IMG/VR virus record: IMGVR_UViG_3300029787_000005
Location: 32,001 to 96,000 of that record
Length of the DNA stretch: 64,000 bases
Origin: a virus
Reading direction: 5' to 3' (one strand)
The translations under genes were made by a program, and so were the position numbers. The notes below the pieces were generated by a model. The model saw nothing but the letters and a program-made list of their open reading frames with translations. It did no database searches and was not told where the DNA came from. Position 1 is the first letter of the stretch. The number at the start of each line of letters is the position of its first letter. Positions 8,748 to 18,240 of the stretch are shown piece after piece.

Positions 8748-9547
8748 TAACAATTAATTGGAAGGGCAAGATAGGTTATGGTGACATAATCTCGCCTCTT
8801 TGTTATGCTCATAATATGGCACAAAAGAACTGTGATGACGTCACCTTACATATGCACTGGATGCACAAACGAGGTGAGAAGTTTAAACCAGAAGATGCAG
8901 ATACATTAGACGTTAAGTTTAAATATTTGTGGTCTATATGTAAACCTATAAACTATCATCAAGTTCATCTTAAACAATCATTTGGTAAAGAGATAAACTA
9001 TAACCATGACAATTATGATGATGAATCAAATTTTCATAATCTGTGGTGGTCAAGAATAAAGAATCTCTCTATCAATAAACCATATGTTGTACTTAATACT
9101 ACAGCATCACACAAACAACAGTTCGAAGAATATGATCCGGGGAAACAATGGAAGGATCCAGTTGGACTAGACAAATGGAGACAAATTGAAAACCTTATTC
9201 AAACAAAGTGGGGCATGGATGTGGTCCATTGTGACTACACCGATGCCATTGCGGATGCGGTTGATAAATATAAGAAGGCATTTTTGGCTGTAGGTTATCA
9301 CGGATCTACTGCATGGGTGGCAAGGTATGTCAGAACACCTATGCTATTGTATTCAACAAAGAAGATTACTAAGAAGGCGTTTCCTTGGGCACTGGTAAAG
9401 TCCAAGTATGAGCACGGTGACTTCGAGTCTATAAACCCTTATGAAATAAGAGAGAAGGGTATAGAACGGATAAGAGAATTGGAGAAACAACTTGAAATAT
9501 ACCTCAACACTCCCAATATTCATAGGTTACGAGGAAAGAGAACATGA
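8744..9547 (+). CDS. Putative glycosyltransferase (GT-B/GT9-like)
   Basis: KIGYGDII near the N-terminus and AVGYHGSTAWVA...PMLLY near the C-terminus resemble GT9-type folds; sits in the GT cluster. Confidence 0.45.
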   Translation: MITINWKGKIGYGDIISPLCYAHNMAQKNCDDVTLHMHWMHKRGEKFKPEDADTLDVKFKYLWSICKPINYHQVHLKQSFGKEINYNHDNYDDESNFHNLWWSRIKNLSINKPYVVLNTTASHKQQFEEYDPGKQWKDPVGLDKWRQIENLIQTKWGMDVVHCDYTDAIADAVDKYKKAFLAVGYHGSTAWVARYVRTPMLLYSTKKITKKAFPWALVKSKYEHGDFESINPYEIREKGIERIRELEKQLEIYLNTPNIHRLRGKRT

Positions 9548-10259
9548 TGCATACGAGGTATGTAGGTTCTCAATAGAATATCAAAACCGACGAAGAAAAG
9601 AAACAGGAACTTGGGCATGGGATGATCATCCAGATATTATCCAGCTAAGATCAAAAAGCATACCTGAATACAATCGTAATCATGGTGAACCTCAATCCAC
9701 CGACTTCACATTTACTAGATTCTGGGTTCCATATATGTGTGACTTCACGGGATTTAGTATGTTTGTTGATTGTGACTTCTTATTCTTATCATCACCATAT
9801 GAACTTATCAATGAGATTGATACAAGTAAAGCTGTCAGTGTAGTACAACATCCAGAGTATATTCCTCTTGGTGATATCAAGATGGATGGTATTGCTCAGC
9901 ATAGATCGTTCAGAAAGAACTGGGCTTCATTAATGATTTTCAACAACGAACATCCAAAGAATCAAATACTGAAACCTGACTATCTTAATGATCATTTACC
10001 AGGTTTAGACTTTCATCATCTTAAATGGTTAGATGATGATGACATTGGTTCACTACCTATGGAGTGGAATTGTTTAGATCAATACTATCATTTGGCTGAT
10101 CCAAAAGCAATACATTATACAGAAGGTGGTCCTTGGTTTATCGATATGGAAGCAGAGAAGACACATCCGTTTCACAATACGAGATACGGACAAGAATGGG
10201 TAAAATATAAAGATAGGTTTGATCAAAATGATATATCTCATCACACCACAGACGTATAA
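9492..10259 (+). CDS. Glycosyltransferase (GT8-like, GT-A)
   Basis: IFIGYE, STDFTFTRF, FVDCDFLF (DxD), RKNWASLM, EWNCL and HYTEGGPWF motifs. Confidence 0.85.
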   Translation: MKYTSTLPIFIGYEEREHDAYEVCRFSIEYQNRRRKETGTWAWDDHPDIIQLRSKSIPEYNRNHGEPQSTDFTFTRFWVPYMCDFTGFSMFVDCDFLFLSSPYELINEIDTSKAVSVVQHPEYIPLGDIKMDGIAQHRSFRKNWASLMIFNNEHPKNQILKPDYLNDHLPGLDFHHLKWLDDDDIGSLPMEWNCLDQYYHLADPKAIHYTEGGPWFIDMEAEKTHPFHNTRYGQEWVKYKDRFDQNDISHHTTDV

Positions 10260-11086
10260 TGATGGATGAATCTGATGAGTGGTTTGATGATGTATCGTGG
10301 AACTTTAATGATACAAATGACATCACAATATCACTAACATATTATGGTCAAGTAGATAAGTTAATACACCACTGTGAGTTCTTTTCTGGTATGACTGACT
10401 GGTTAAAGAACCACATTACAGTACAGTTTATTAATGATGCTGCTCCAGATCAAGGTATATTTGAAGACATATGTCATGCTTATAAAAACAGATTCAAACT
10501 GAAATCTTACACTATAAAACAAGATATTGGATTCAATAATCATGGTTGTAGGAATCTTGCAATGCTACAATCTGAGACTCATTGGAACTGGTTGATTGAT
10601 ATAGACGTGTTCTTTAATGAAGAATTGCTACAAGCAATGACAAGTACTCACCTAGAGAACAATCAATTTTATGTGTTCAAAGTACGGTTTGACCACTATG
10701 ATAACCCAGAAGACTATGAGTTATTTGATGAGAAAAAGCTATTGAAATGGGTTGCACACCCTAATGTTTGGCTGATAAACAAGCCATGTTTCTGGTCTAC
10801 TGGTGGATATGATATGGAATTTGCTGGTATGAGACATGGTGATAAAGAGTTTTTTGAGGCTATTGATAAGAAAAAATACGAACATTTTCTCTTCCATCCA
10901 TACCTTGAAGAGGAGTATGATATCCATGTACAGATGCCAAATAGGACAAAGTCTTATTTGAACCAGATAACTGAGCATGTAGGTTATTTACAAAAATGTG
11001 TTGACTTTGTCAAGAAAAGGAACGATAATAAAGAACGTAAGCACAAGAAGCGCTTACTTTGTTTTGATTGGCAAAGGAATGTATAA
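10259..11086 (+). CDS. Glycosyltransferase (GT2/GT7C-like)
   Basis: FINDA, GCRNLAM, LIDID (DxD) and GGYDMEFAG..GD motifs. Confidence 0.75.
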   Translation: MMDESDEWFDDVSWNFNDTNDITISLTYYGQVDKLIHHCEFFSGMTDWLKNHITVQFINDAAPDQGIFEDICHAYKNRFKLKSYTIKQDIGFNNHGCRNLAMLQSETHWNWLIDIDVFFNEELLQAMTSTHLENNQFYVFKVRFDHYDNPEDYELFDEKKLLKWVAHPNVWLINKPCFWSTGGYDMEFAGMRHGDKEFFEAIDKKKYEHFLFHPYLEEEYDIHVQMPNRTKSYLNQITEHVGYLQKCVDFVKKRNDNKERKHKKRLLCFDWQRNV

Positions 11087-11625
11087 TGTTGAAGAGAGTG
11101 ACAATCGTGACTGCATTAGGTGTTACTTTGTGGTCTGGAGCATTAGTATCAGCTAGTGAGCCGATTACAGATGCAGAACACAAAGAACGATTCTGTATGG
11201 CAGAGGCTTTGTTCTTTGAAACTGGCAACCAGCCTATGATAGGAATATTAGGTGCTGCTGAAGTTATATTGAATAGAGTTAAGAGTGAGAAATGGCCTAA
11301 CACTGTATGCGGAGTTGTACATCAAGGTCCAATTAATAAGTGGTGGAAGAAACGAGGTAAGATAGTTCCTGTCAAATGGAAGTGTCAGTTCACATATTAT
11401 TGTGATGGCAAAAGTGATGATGTATCTAATATTGTTGGTACTAAGACTTGGGCTAAAGTTATCAAAGCTGTAAACTTTATTTACAGTCAGTTTGGAAAGT
11501 TACAACGTGATGGTATATCAATTACTAATGGTGCCACTCACTATCATACAACACAAGTTAATCCAAGATGGGGACAACTATTGGAACATACAATTACAAT
11601 TCAAGATCATAAGTTTTTTCGATGA
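11086..11625 (+). CDS. Cell wall hydrolase, SleB/Hydrolase_2 family
   Basis: CMAEALFFE, VILNRV, PNTVCGVVHQ, CQFTYYCDG, GATHYH and HKFF motifs; N-terminal signal/anchor. Probable start 11086 (ORF track 11068). Confidence 0.88.
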   Translation: MLKRVTIVTALGVTLWSGALVSASEPITDAEHKERFCMAEALFFETGNQPMIGILGAAEVILNRVKSEKWPNTVCGVVHQGPINKWWKKRGKIVPVKWKCQFTYYCDGKSDDVSNIVGTKTWAKVIKAVNFIYSQFGKLQRDGISITNGATHYHTTQVNPRWGQLLEHTITIQDHKFFR

Positions 11626-11858
11626 TAGAGTTAAAGATAAATACTCCATCTCAGTTCGCTATGGAAATTGAAAAGATAGTCAAAGAAAAATCTATTGAGT
11701 ATCTTGATGCTGTAATGTACTACGTTGAGAAGAATGGTATAGAGGTTGAGACTGCTGCTTCGTTAATAAAGAGTAGTCAAATTCTAAAAGCTAAGATTGC
11801 AACAGAAGCTGAAGACCTTCGGCTTCTAAAAACAAAAGGAGCTCGCTTACCATTATGA
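11622..11858 (+). CDS. gp33: Late promoter transcription accessory protein gp33
   Basis: EIEKIV...YLDAV...KIATEAEDLRLL...RLPL; 33-59-32 synteny. Confidence 0.85.
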   Translation: MIELKINTPSQFAMEIEKIVKEKSIEYLDAVMYYVEKNGIEVETAASLIKSSQILKAKIATEAEDLRLLKTKGARLPL

Positions 11859-12433
11859 ATGCTCATGAAACATATCAGAAATATATGGCATTGAAAAGAC
11901 ACTTCACGTCAGATTATGATATTTTCAAGTACAATGGCAAAGTAAAAAATACAGAACACTCTAGGTTTGAAGTTAGAAGAGACAAGATGTTCTTTCATAA
12001 GTTATCTAAGTTAAAGAACCCAGATGACTTTATGTTAGCTAATATGTTGCAGAACATTAACTTCTGGCCTGGTGATATAAACAATATGGAGACTCATGCT
12101 GTCTATGCTAACTGGCAAAAGAGACAACAGAGTATGTCATATATGTTCAAACAAGACCTCATGAAGTTGAAAGATTCATATGATGAGAATATTTTAACTA
12201 AGGGTGATACACATCCTTATCTAATGAGGTTAGTTATTAGAGAAGATGTTGGCGTCGAGACTATGATAGTTATGAATGAACTAACACCCTTCTTTGATTA
12301 CTGGACCAAAAAACTTGGTCTGGATATGGTCTGGCAAGACCTACAGAAGAAAGCTGAGAAATATAAGCCTTTCTTTATAAATACTGTTGACTTATCTAAG
12401 TATAAGTCGTATATTATGGAACGCTTTGAATAA
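11855..12433 (+). CDS. gp59: Helicase loader gp59
   Basis: YMALKRHFT..YDIFKYNGK, RRDKMFFHKL and KYKPF motifs. Confidence 0.88.
   Translation: MNAHETYQKYMALKRHFTSDYDIFKYNGKVKNTEHSRFEVRRDKMFFHKLSKLKNPDDFMLANMLQNINFWPGDINNMETHAVYANWQKRQQSMSYMFKQDLMKLKDSYDENILTKGDTHPYLMRLVIREDVGVETMIVMNELTPFFDYWTKKLGLDMVWQDLQKKAEKYKPFFINTVDLSKYKSYIMERFE
12376..12415 (+). promoter_or_regulatory. Tandem late (TATAAATA, 12376-12383) and sigma70-like (TTGACT-17-TATATT) promoters for gp32
   Basis: Both motifs lie in the 3' end of gp59, 60-100 nt upstream of gp32. Confidence 0.55.
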
Positions 12434-12472
12434 AACGTATACATCGCATATATCGCACATAAGGAGAAACAT

Positions 12473-13378
12473 ATGTCGCTTGCACAATGGAAGAAGAAGA
12501 ACTCTACGTCTAATATAGATAAATTGACTGAAGAGTTAAGTAAACTCACTGATAAAGGTCCACGTCGTGATGACGATGGGTTCTGGAAACCTGAAGTTGA
12601 TAAGTCTGGTAATGGCTCTGCTATTATTAGGTTCTTACCATCTCCAGATTCAGATGTACCTTTTGTACGTATCTGGGATCATGGATTCCAAGGTCCTGGT
12701 GGATGGTTTATTGAGAAATCACTAACCACTATCAATCAAGCCTGTCCTATTTCTGAGTATAACTCTATGCTGTGGAACTCTGGAACAGAAGCTGATAAGA
12801 CGTTTGTTCGTACTAAGACTAAACGTCGACTATCCTTTATCTCTAATATAGTTGTGATTAAGGATCCTTCACGACCTGAGAATGAAGGGCAAGTATTCTT
12901 GTATAAGTTTGGCAAGAAAATCTTTGATAAGATCAATGATGCTGCTATGCCTGAGTTTGATGATGAGGAAAAGGTTGATGCATTCTCTCTTGGAGAAGGT
13001 GCTAACTTTAGACTCAAGATTCGTAATGTAGAAGGATATCGTAACTATGATAAGTCTGAGTTTGATTCACCTTCTGAAATTCCAGAAGACGACTTAGAAG
13101 GTATCTACAATCAATTGAAGCCTTTACAAGAACTTGTAGATCCTAAGAACTTTAAGTCTTACGATGAACTTAAAACAAAGCTCTATAGAGTTCTTGCTTT
13201 AGGTGGTGGTGAGACTGCTAATACAATAACTGCTGATGAGTTGTCTGAAGTTAAACAGGCTCCTGCACCAGCAGCAGCACCATCACAACCAGCTGCTGCG
13301 TCAGCTCCATGGGATGAACAATCCAATGATGATGACGACGATGGTCTATCTTTCTTTAAGAAGCTGGCAGACGAATAG
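12473..13378 (+). CDS. gp32: Single-stranded DNA-binding protein gp32
   Basis: FWKPEVDKSGNGSAIIRFLP, HGFQGPGGW, YKFGKKIFDKI, YRNYDKSEF and an acidic tail. Confidence 0.96.
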   Translation: MSLAQWKKKNSTSNIDKLTEELSKLTDKGPRRDDDGFWKPEVDKSGNGSAIIRFLPSPDSDVPFVRIWDHGFQGPGGWFIEKSLTTINQACPISEYNSMLWNSGTEADKTFVRTKTKRRLSFISNIVVIKDPSRPENEGQVFLYKFGKKIFDKINDAAMPEFDDEEKVDAFSLGEGANFRLKIRNVEGYRNYDKSEFDSPSEIPEDDLEGIYNQLKPLQELVDPKNFKSYDELKTKLYRVLALGGGETANTITADELSEVKQAPAPAAAPSQPAAASAPWDEQSNDDDDDGLSFFKKLADE

Positions 13379-13385
13379 TCAACTG

Positions 13386-13414
13386 ATGGTATGGGGCTTA
13401 TAGTCCCATACCAT
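13386..13414. terminator. Hairpin between convergent genes (probable bidirectional terminator)
   Basis: ATGGTATGGGGC-TTATA-GTCCCATACCAT inverted repeat just after the gp32 stop, overlapping the stop of the convergent gene. Confidence 0.6.
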
Positions 13415-15317
13415 AGGCTATCTTAGCGCCTATTTTAGGCATATCCCCATCAGTCTTAACGACGACTACTGGGGTTGATGTGCCTCCTCCACCACCTTCT
13501 TGATTGATTGTGGTGTCACCATCTCTGTTGATTGTAACATTGTTACCACCAGCGGCTGCTTGTTGTATTGCAGCTTGATTAACCATTGCAGCCTTTTGTG
13601 TTGGAGTAGCTGCTGCTAATCTTTGCGCAGCTGGACCAGGAGATGATACTGATGGAATGGAACCTTCAAGAGCCTCAGGACTCATTGAAGTGCTCATTGC
13701 AGCAGGGTCACCCATATCTGAAGTACCACCACCAGCACTCATTGTAGTAGGTTTAGGCTGATTGTAACTTCCTGAAACACCAAGACCTCTTCTTTGTCTT
13801 GCACCTCCAGGCAAATCTCTATTTCTTCTACGTGATGGTGTTGGTTTTGCCGGTGCGCCAGATTGTTCTGATGATGTATCACCCTTAGTTAATGAAAAAG
13901 GATTAATTGCATCTATTGCACTATTAATACCTTTGTTTATTGCTGATGCATCAATTCCTACATTTTCTTTTAATTTAGTTGCAACAGCACTTAATCTATT
14001 AATCACTCCAGCTGGATCAACTGGAGTATCACTCAATAAAAATCTAACTAATAATTCAGCTCCAGCTCTACCAACCATGTCGCCACCATAGTAACCAAGT
14101 ACACCAAAACCAACAGCTCCAACAAAACCTGTGATTGGTGCGGCTATCCCACCGGTGATTGCAGTAAGAACAACAGCACCAATTGCAGCTCCAACCAATC
14201 CAGCAATAGTTCCTGTTAACAAGCCAGCAGCTGTTTCAATTAATGCTTCTCGTTTCTCTTCTAATGATGCAGTGGGGTCTTGTAAAATTGTAAGACTTTC
14301 AAGAGCAGCGAAAAAACCTGAGAGAAGAAGACCAGCTTTACCAAGTTTTGAATTGGTTCCTGTTATTCTTTGCAATTGTTTCAATTTTTTCATAGCTCTG
14401 GCTACTTCTTTTTCTCCTGCAGTTTGCTTGATTGGTTTAACTTGATCAAATTTTTCTACTGGAGCTGCGTTTGCTTTTGCTGCTGCAACTGACTTTGGAG
14501 CAAATTTTTCCAATTCCGGATTTTTTATTTGTTTCCCTTTAAATGAAACACCACCACCTTTAGTGCTATATCCTTTTGGAAGATTCTGTGGCCTACTTTT
14601 AATTTCTTCTAACATTTGAGCTCTGGTTGGACCTCTACCACGTCCACCAGCTGCAGGTTGTCGACCAGCATTAGGACCTATATCATCAACACCACCCATA
14701 CCACCTTTAGGAGTTTTTCTGCCATCTGGTATTGGTTCACCAGGTACTCCACCTTTAGGAGTCTTTGTTTTTTCTAATTCAATTTCTTGTTGTTTAGTTG
14801 CTGATATGAATCTTGTTTGAGCTTTTTCCAATAATTTATTGAATCTTCTTTGCGCAGTTAGAAATCCTGCTGTAGCTCCTGTTATGAGACTCTTTTCAAA
14901 ATCTCTTACATAACCTTGAGCTAATTCTCTAAACGCTGCAATTTCCTCTTCAAATGCTTTTGTTAGACCACTAAAGAATCCTTTGAGAAAGTCTGCAATC
15001 TGTTTTCTAAATGCTACAATCAATCCTAGTAGTGCACCATAATCTAATAATTTATTTCCTGTTGATATTGGTAAGTTTGGAGCCTTATCTATCAAACCTC
15101 CAACACCAGTGCCAGTTGGCTTTGCACCAGCTCTTTCTTTAAGTCCTTCTCTTGCTGCTTCACCAGAAGTTTGACCTGTTCTTTCCCTTTCAGTCAAATC
15201 TTTTGGACCAGATGGTATAGGTTTGACACCACGTAGTCCATCAAGTTTTGAATTGTTTCTTACAAGTTGACCCTTTATTTCTCCAAGGGTTTCATTTACT
15301 GCAGCAAGAGTTGACAT
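13398..15317 (-). CDS. Tape-measure / baseplate hub gp29-like protein
   Basis: 639 aa, Ala/Gly-rich helical and low-complexity sequence with a GAAIGAV hydrophobic segment; position downstream of the gp26/gp51-like genes. Confidence 0.55.
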   Translation of the reverse strand: MSTLAAVNETLGEIKGQLVRNNSKLDGLRGVKPIPSGPKDLTERERTGQTSGEAAREGLKERAGAKPTGTGVGGLIDKAPNLPISTGNKLLDYGALLGLIVAFRKQIADFLKGFFSGLTKAFEEEIAAFRELAQGYVRDFEKSLITGATAGFLTAQRRFNKLLEKAQTRFISATKQQEIELEKTKTPKGGVPGEPIPDGRKTPKGGMGGVDDIGPNAGRQPAAGGRGRGPTRAQMLEEIKSRPQNLPKGYSTKGGGVSFKGKQIKNPELEKFAPKSVAAAKANAAPVEKFDQVKPIKQTAGEKEVARAMKKLKQLQRITGTNSKLGKAGLLLSGFFAALESLTILQDPTASLEEKREALIETAAGLLTGTIAGLVGAAIGAVVLTAITGGIAAPITGFVGAVGFGVLGYYGGDMVGRAGAELLVRFLLSDTPVDPAGVINRLSAVATKLKENVGIDASAINKGINSAIDAINPFSLTKGDTSSEQSGAPAKPTPSRRRNRDLPGGARQRRGLGVSGSYNQPKPTTMSAGGGTSDMGDPAAMSTSMSPEALEGSIPSVSSPGPAAQRLAAATPTQKAAMVNQAAIQQAAAGGNNVTINRDGDTTINQEGGGGGTSTPVVVVKTDGDMPKIGAKIAYGMGL

Positions 15318-15640
15318 TATTTCTTACTCATATATGCTGTCATACCCATATAAGCACCGACCACACCGGCCATACCAATATAGAATAGAGCAGACAAGTC
15401 TCCAAGTAATTTAAGTCTAGTTTCTGGAATGAATCCAGGAATCATTGCAAGTACTGTGAAGATGATCATTGCTGCCATGGCAATCCATGCCATACGTCTT
15501 TGAGCATCTGCTTTTTCTTCTTGCATTTCTATTTCTTCAATTTTGGCTATAGCAGCCATCTCTTCATCAGTCACAACACCATCTCCATCTAAGTCATACT
15601 TATTGTACTCTGAGTTTGATTGTAGCTTCTTTTGTACCAT
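15317..15640 (-). CDS. Two-TM membrane protein with an EF-hand-like motif
   Basis: DLDGDGVVTDEE loop followed by two hydrophobic helices. Confidence 0.6.
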   Translation of the reverse strand: MVQKKLQSNSEYNKYDLDGDGVVTDEEMAAIAKIEEIEMQEEKADAQRRMAWIAMAAMIIFTVLAMIPGFIPETRLKLLGDLSALFYIGMAGVVGAYMGMTAYMSKK

Positions 15641-15641
15641 G

Positions 15642-15803
15642 TTACTCTTCTTTCTGCGACTCTATGTATTCCAATAACATATCAACATACAAATCACGTT
15701 CAAAGGGATAACAATTCTCTAGTTCTTTTATACTGTATTTATGGTGCTGAACCATACTGAACATTGTCTGGTAGTAATTAGCCAGATTAGTATGGGACAG
15801 CAC
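15642..15803 (-). CDS. gp51-like baseplate hub assembly protein (possibly expressed by -1 frameshift from the upstream gene)
   Basis: Found by hand: (V)LSHTNLANYYQTMFSMVQHHKYSIKELENCYPFERDLYVDMLLEYIESQKEE*, matching the HHKYS..ELE...P.ER..YV pattern of the small cyanophage 'gp51'. Confidence 0.75.
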   Translation of the reverse strand: MLSHTNLANYYQTMFSMVQHHKYSIKELENCYPFERDLYVDMLLEYIESQKEE

Positions 15804-15805
15804 TA

Positions 15806-16504
15806 CTAGAAAAAATCATTTAGACCTTTCAATACAGTCTTTTTATTCTTATTCTTTCCATTCTTTTTAATTTTATAATCTACTTCCATTTCTACTGATG
15901 GTAGACTTGTTAAGAAGTTTTGTATGTTTTGAAATGCTTCTGCTGGAAGAGAGTTAATAAACTCTGTTTGTTCTTCTTCTGAGAAATCTTTCAGCTCATA
16001 AACTTCTTCACCTTCGTAAATTTTTTCAATTACTCTCGTAACCATGTCTATTGATTCTGACATTTGATCATTATCACCTAATACCAACAAATCTGTAAAA
16101 GAAGGAGGTCTCAGTTGTAATTTTACATCATCATTTACATCTATAATGTTGGTTGGTATCTCCCCAGAACATTCTACCTTATCAAGGTCAACTTCTATTT
16201 GAACATAGTCTTCTGTCTCATCATCCCAAACTTGTATCTTTGCAAGAGTGGAAACGCTGCTAGCTCTGAGTTTCAAAAACATATATTCAATATCAAAACT
16301 TGCTAGCTTATCAACACTATAATCCATCGTACAATTGTTAAGTACTTGTATCATAGCTTTTATAAACTCATCTGGTTGTCCTGTTTGTTGTGCAACCAAT
16401 AGAATCTTTTCTTCTTTGACCAAGAATGGTCTGTATCTAATTTCTTCTTTCGTCGACGGTATTGTCAATCCAAAAGTAGGGTGTTGAATAATTGGTAACC
16501 CCAT
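15806..16504 (-). CDS. gp26: Baseplate hub subunit, gp26-like
   Basis: MGLP, YRPFLVKEEKILL, FDIEYMFLKLRASSV and GLNDFF C-terminus. Confidence 0.85.
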   Translation of the reverse strand: MGLPIIQHPTFGLTIPSTKEEIRYRPFLVKEEKILLVAQQTGQPDEFIKAMIQVLNNCTMDYSVDKLASFDIEYMFLKLRASSVSTLAKIQVWDDETEDYVQIEVDLDKVECSGEIPTNIIDVNDDVKLQLRPPSFTDLLVLGDNDQMSESIDMVTRVIEKIYEGEEVYELKDFSEEEQTEFINSLPAEAFQNIQNFLTSLPSVEMEVDYKIKKNGKNKNKKTVLKGLNDFF

Positions 16505-16519
16505 AGTGTATCCTCCATA

Positions 16520-17365
16520 TTAAAATAACTTGAACGTGCTGTTCACAGCTCCTAATGCTAGTCCAACTCGAGAAGCATTACTCAAGTTTGGATTCAGTAG
16601 ATCATTGATTCCAAATCCTTGAAATCTACTATTGTTTAATCTTGATACTACTCCTAAACCATTCTTCAAAAGTCCCAAGAAACCTCTACCACTACCTGGT
16701 ACTGCTGTCTCAATAGTGTTTAGTGTATAATATCTATATGTAAAGTTAACTGCTACTGATGCAAACGAATCATTCTCAGCCCAAGCTAGTGATACATCAC
16801 CTATTTGCATTGGAAAGCATTCGTGTAATGTGTATTCCAAAAATCTTTGTTGCGCATCATCAAACCAAGCAATTTGTACTGTGGAAATGTATTCAGACCT
16901 GAAACGTATGTTGAATGTTGGTGTTCCTCCTGGACTGCTTCCTTCACCACCATTTCTTGCGTCAGTGTAAAATATGTTATCAAGCCACGAGTTGAAGTAT
17001 GTTAATGGCTCTCCATTTGTTCCAACAAAAAATGTTAAGCTGACATCTGGATTAACTGCACCAGATACCCTTCTATCTAACGTACCGTATCCTAATCTTT
17101 TGTGATCAACAGGTATGATTTGCTTGCCTGGTAATGTTGCTGAGCTACAAAGTAGTGGCTGTGGTCCTGCTCCTACTAATGCTCTAGGTGGATTGACTGT
17201 AGCAAGGAATAGAGGAGGTCTAGCTAGACCGCCCATTGAGTTTATATCAGAACGTATCTTACCTACGTTGAATGTTTGTTGGCCTCCATCAGCACCAATG
17301 CCAAGAAAGCCTTCAAACTGACTAATGCCAGTTCCTATCCTGTTAATTAAATCTGTTATTGCCAT
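16520..17365 (-). CDS. Tail tube initiator / gp54-like (gp19 fold)
   Basis: GGLARP, CSSATLPGK, FPMQIG.V.LAW and VNFTYRYY tail-tube-fold motifs. Confidence 0.7.
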   Translation of the reverse strand: MAITDLINRIGTGISQFEGFLGIGADGGQQTFNVGKIRSDINSMGGLARPPLFLATVNPPRALVGAGPQPLLCSSATLPGKQIIPVDHKRLGYGTLDRRVSGAVNPDVSLTFFVGTNGEPLTYFNSWLDNIFYTDARNGGEGSSPGGTPTFNIRFRSEYISTVQIAWFDDAQQRFLEYTLHECFPMQIGDVSLAWAENDSFASVAVNFTYRYYTLNTIETAVPGSGRGFLGLLKNGLGVVSRLNNSRFQGFGINDLLNPNLSNASRVGLALGAVNSTFKLF

Positions 17366-17941
17366 TTAGTACTTACCAATTGAATCTGCGTATACTGAAG
17401 CTTTGCTTGCTTTTGCAAACCGTTCTGTTGGTAAAAACACAGCAATATTCCATTCTTCAGGGTATACCGTTACAAAACGAGACTTTACATGATTATTTAG
17501 ATACCTTTTTACACAAGGCTTGAAGTATCTTAAACGTGATGCTCTTTTGAGTGTTTGGTAACTTATTTTCAATCTACTGCCAGGAGTCATGTTTTCATTG
17601 TCAATAAGTGGCCACAAACCATCCATCAACTTAGCTCTAGCTAGAGGAGGAAGATAATGTAGATTTAATCCCATGAATCCTCCTGGAGCACTATCAAATG
17701 GAAAGACTAATGGAAATCTATCGTAGTATGGTAGTTTATCTTTTGTTTTTGGATCATAATTAAACATATACATACGGCCTGGCTGTACACTATCAGTTTG
17801 TCTTTGTCTATCACCAGTTAGAATCCTATTTGTAGTTACAGTTGTCACATTATCTTGCATCCATGATCTTGCATCAGCAACATTGTTCCTGATACTCATT
17901 GGAGCTTTAGACAACAAATCTTGAAATATATAACTTGCCAT
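17366..17941 (-). CDS. gp2: DNA end protector protein gp2
   Basis: YDPKTKDKLPYYDRFPL, GLNLHYLPP and KPCVKRYL motifs. Confidence 0.92.
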   Translation of the reverse strand: MASYIFQDLLSKAPMSIRNNVADARSWMQDNVTTVTTNRILTGDRQRQTDSVQPGRMYMFNYDPKTKDKLPYYDRFPLVFPFDSAPGGFMGLNLHYLPPLARAKLMDGLWPLIDNENMTPGSRLKISYQTLKRASRLRYFKPCVKRYLNNHVKSRFVTVYPEEWNIAVFLPTERFAKASKASVYADSIGKY

Positions 17942-18240
17942 TATTGATATACGCTAGCTTTAAGATATTCCAATTCAGTACGCATGATATCCATCTTCTT
18001 TTCTAATTCTCTAACAGACTTAACTGTTTCTTGTACAGCTTCTGGTGGTTTAAAGTTATCAATCCAGTTATCATTCTCTTCAATCTCTACTGCCATCATC
18101 TGCGTATTGTGTTCCAACATTGACAGCCTTTCTTCAATTCCAAAGTATCCCCACACTGCAATACCTGTTACAGCAATCATAGCTATAAGATTCTTTAATG
18201 GTATAGTAAATTCACTACCTTCGTTTAATTTGTTTGCCAT
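17941..18240 (-). CDS. Hypothetical protein, one TM plus coiled coil
   Basis: 99 aa, coupled to its neighbours by overlapping stop/start codons. Confidence 0.6.
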   Translation of the reverse strand: MANKLNEGSEFTIPLKNLIAMIAVTGIAVWGYFGIEERLSMLEHNTQMMAVEIEENDNWIDNFKPPEAVQETVKSVRELEKKMDIMRTELEYLKASVYQ

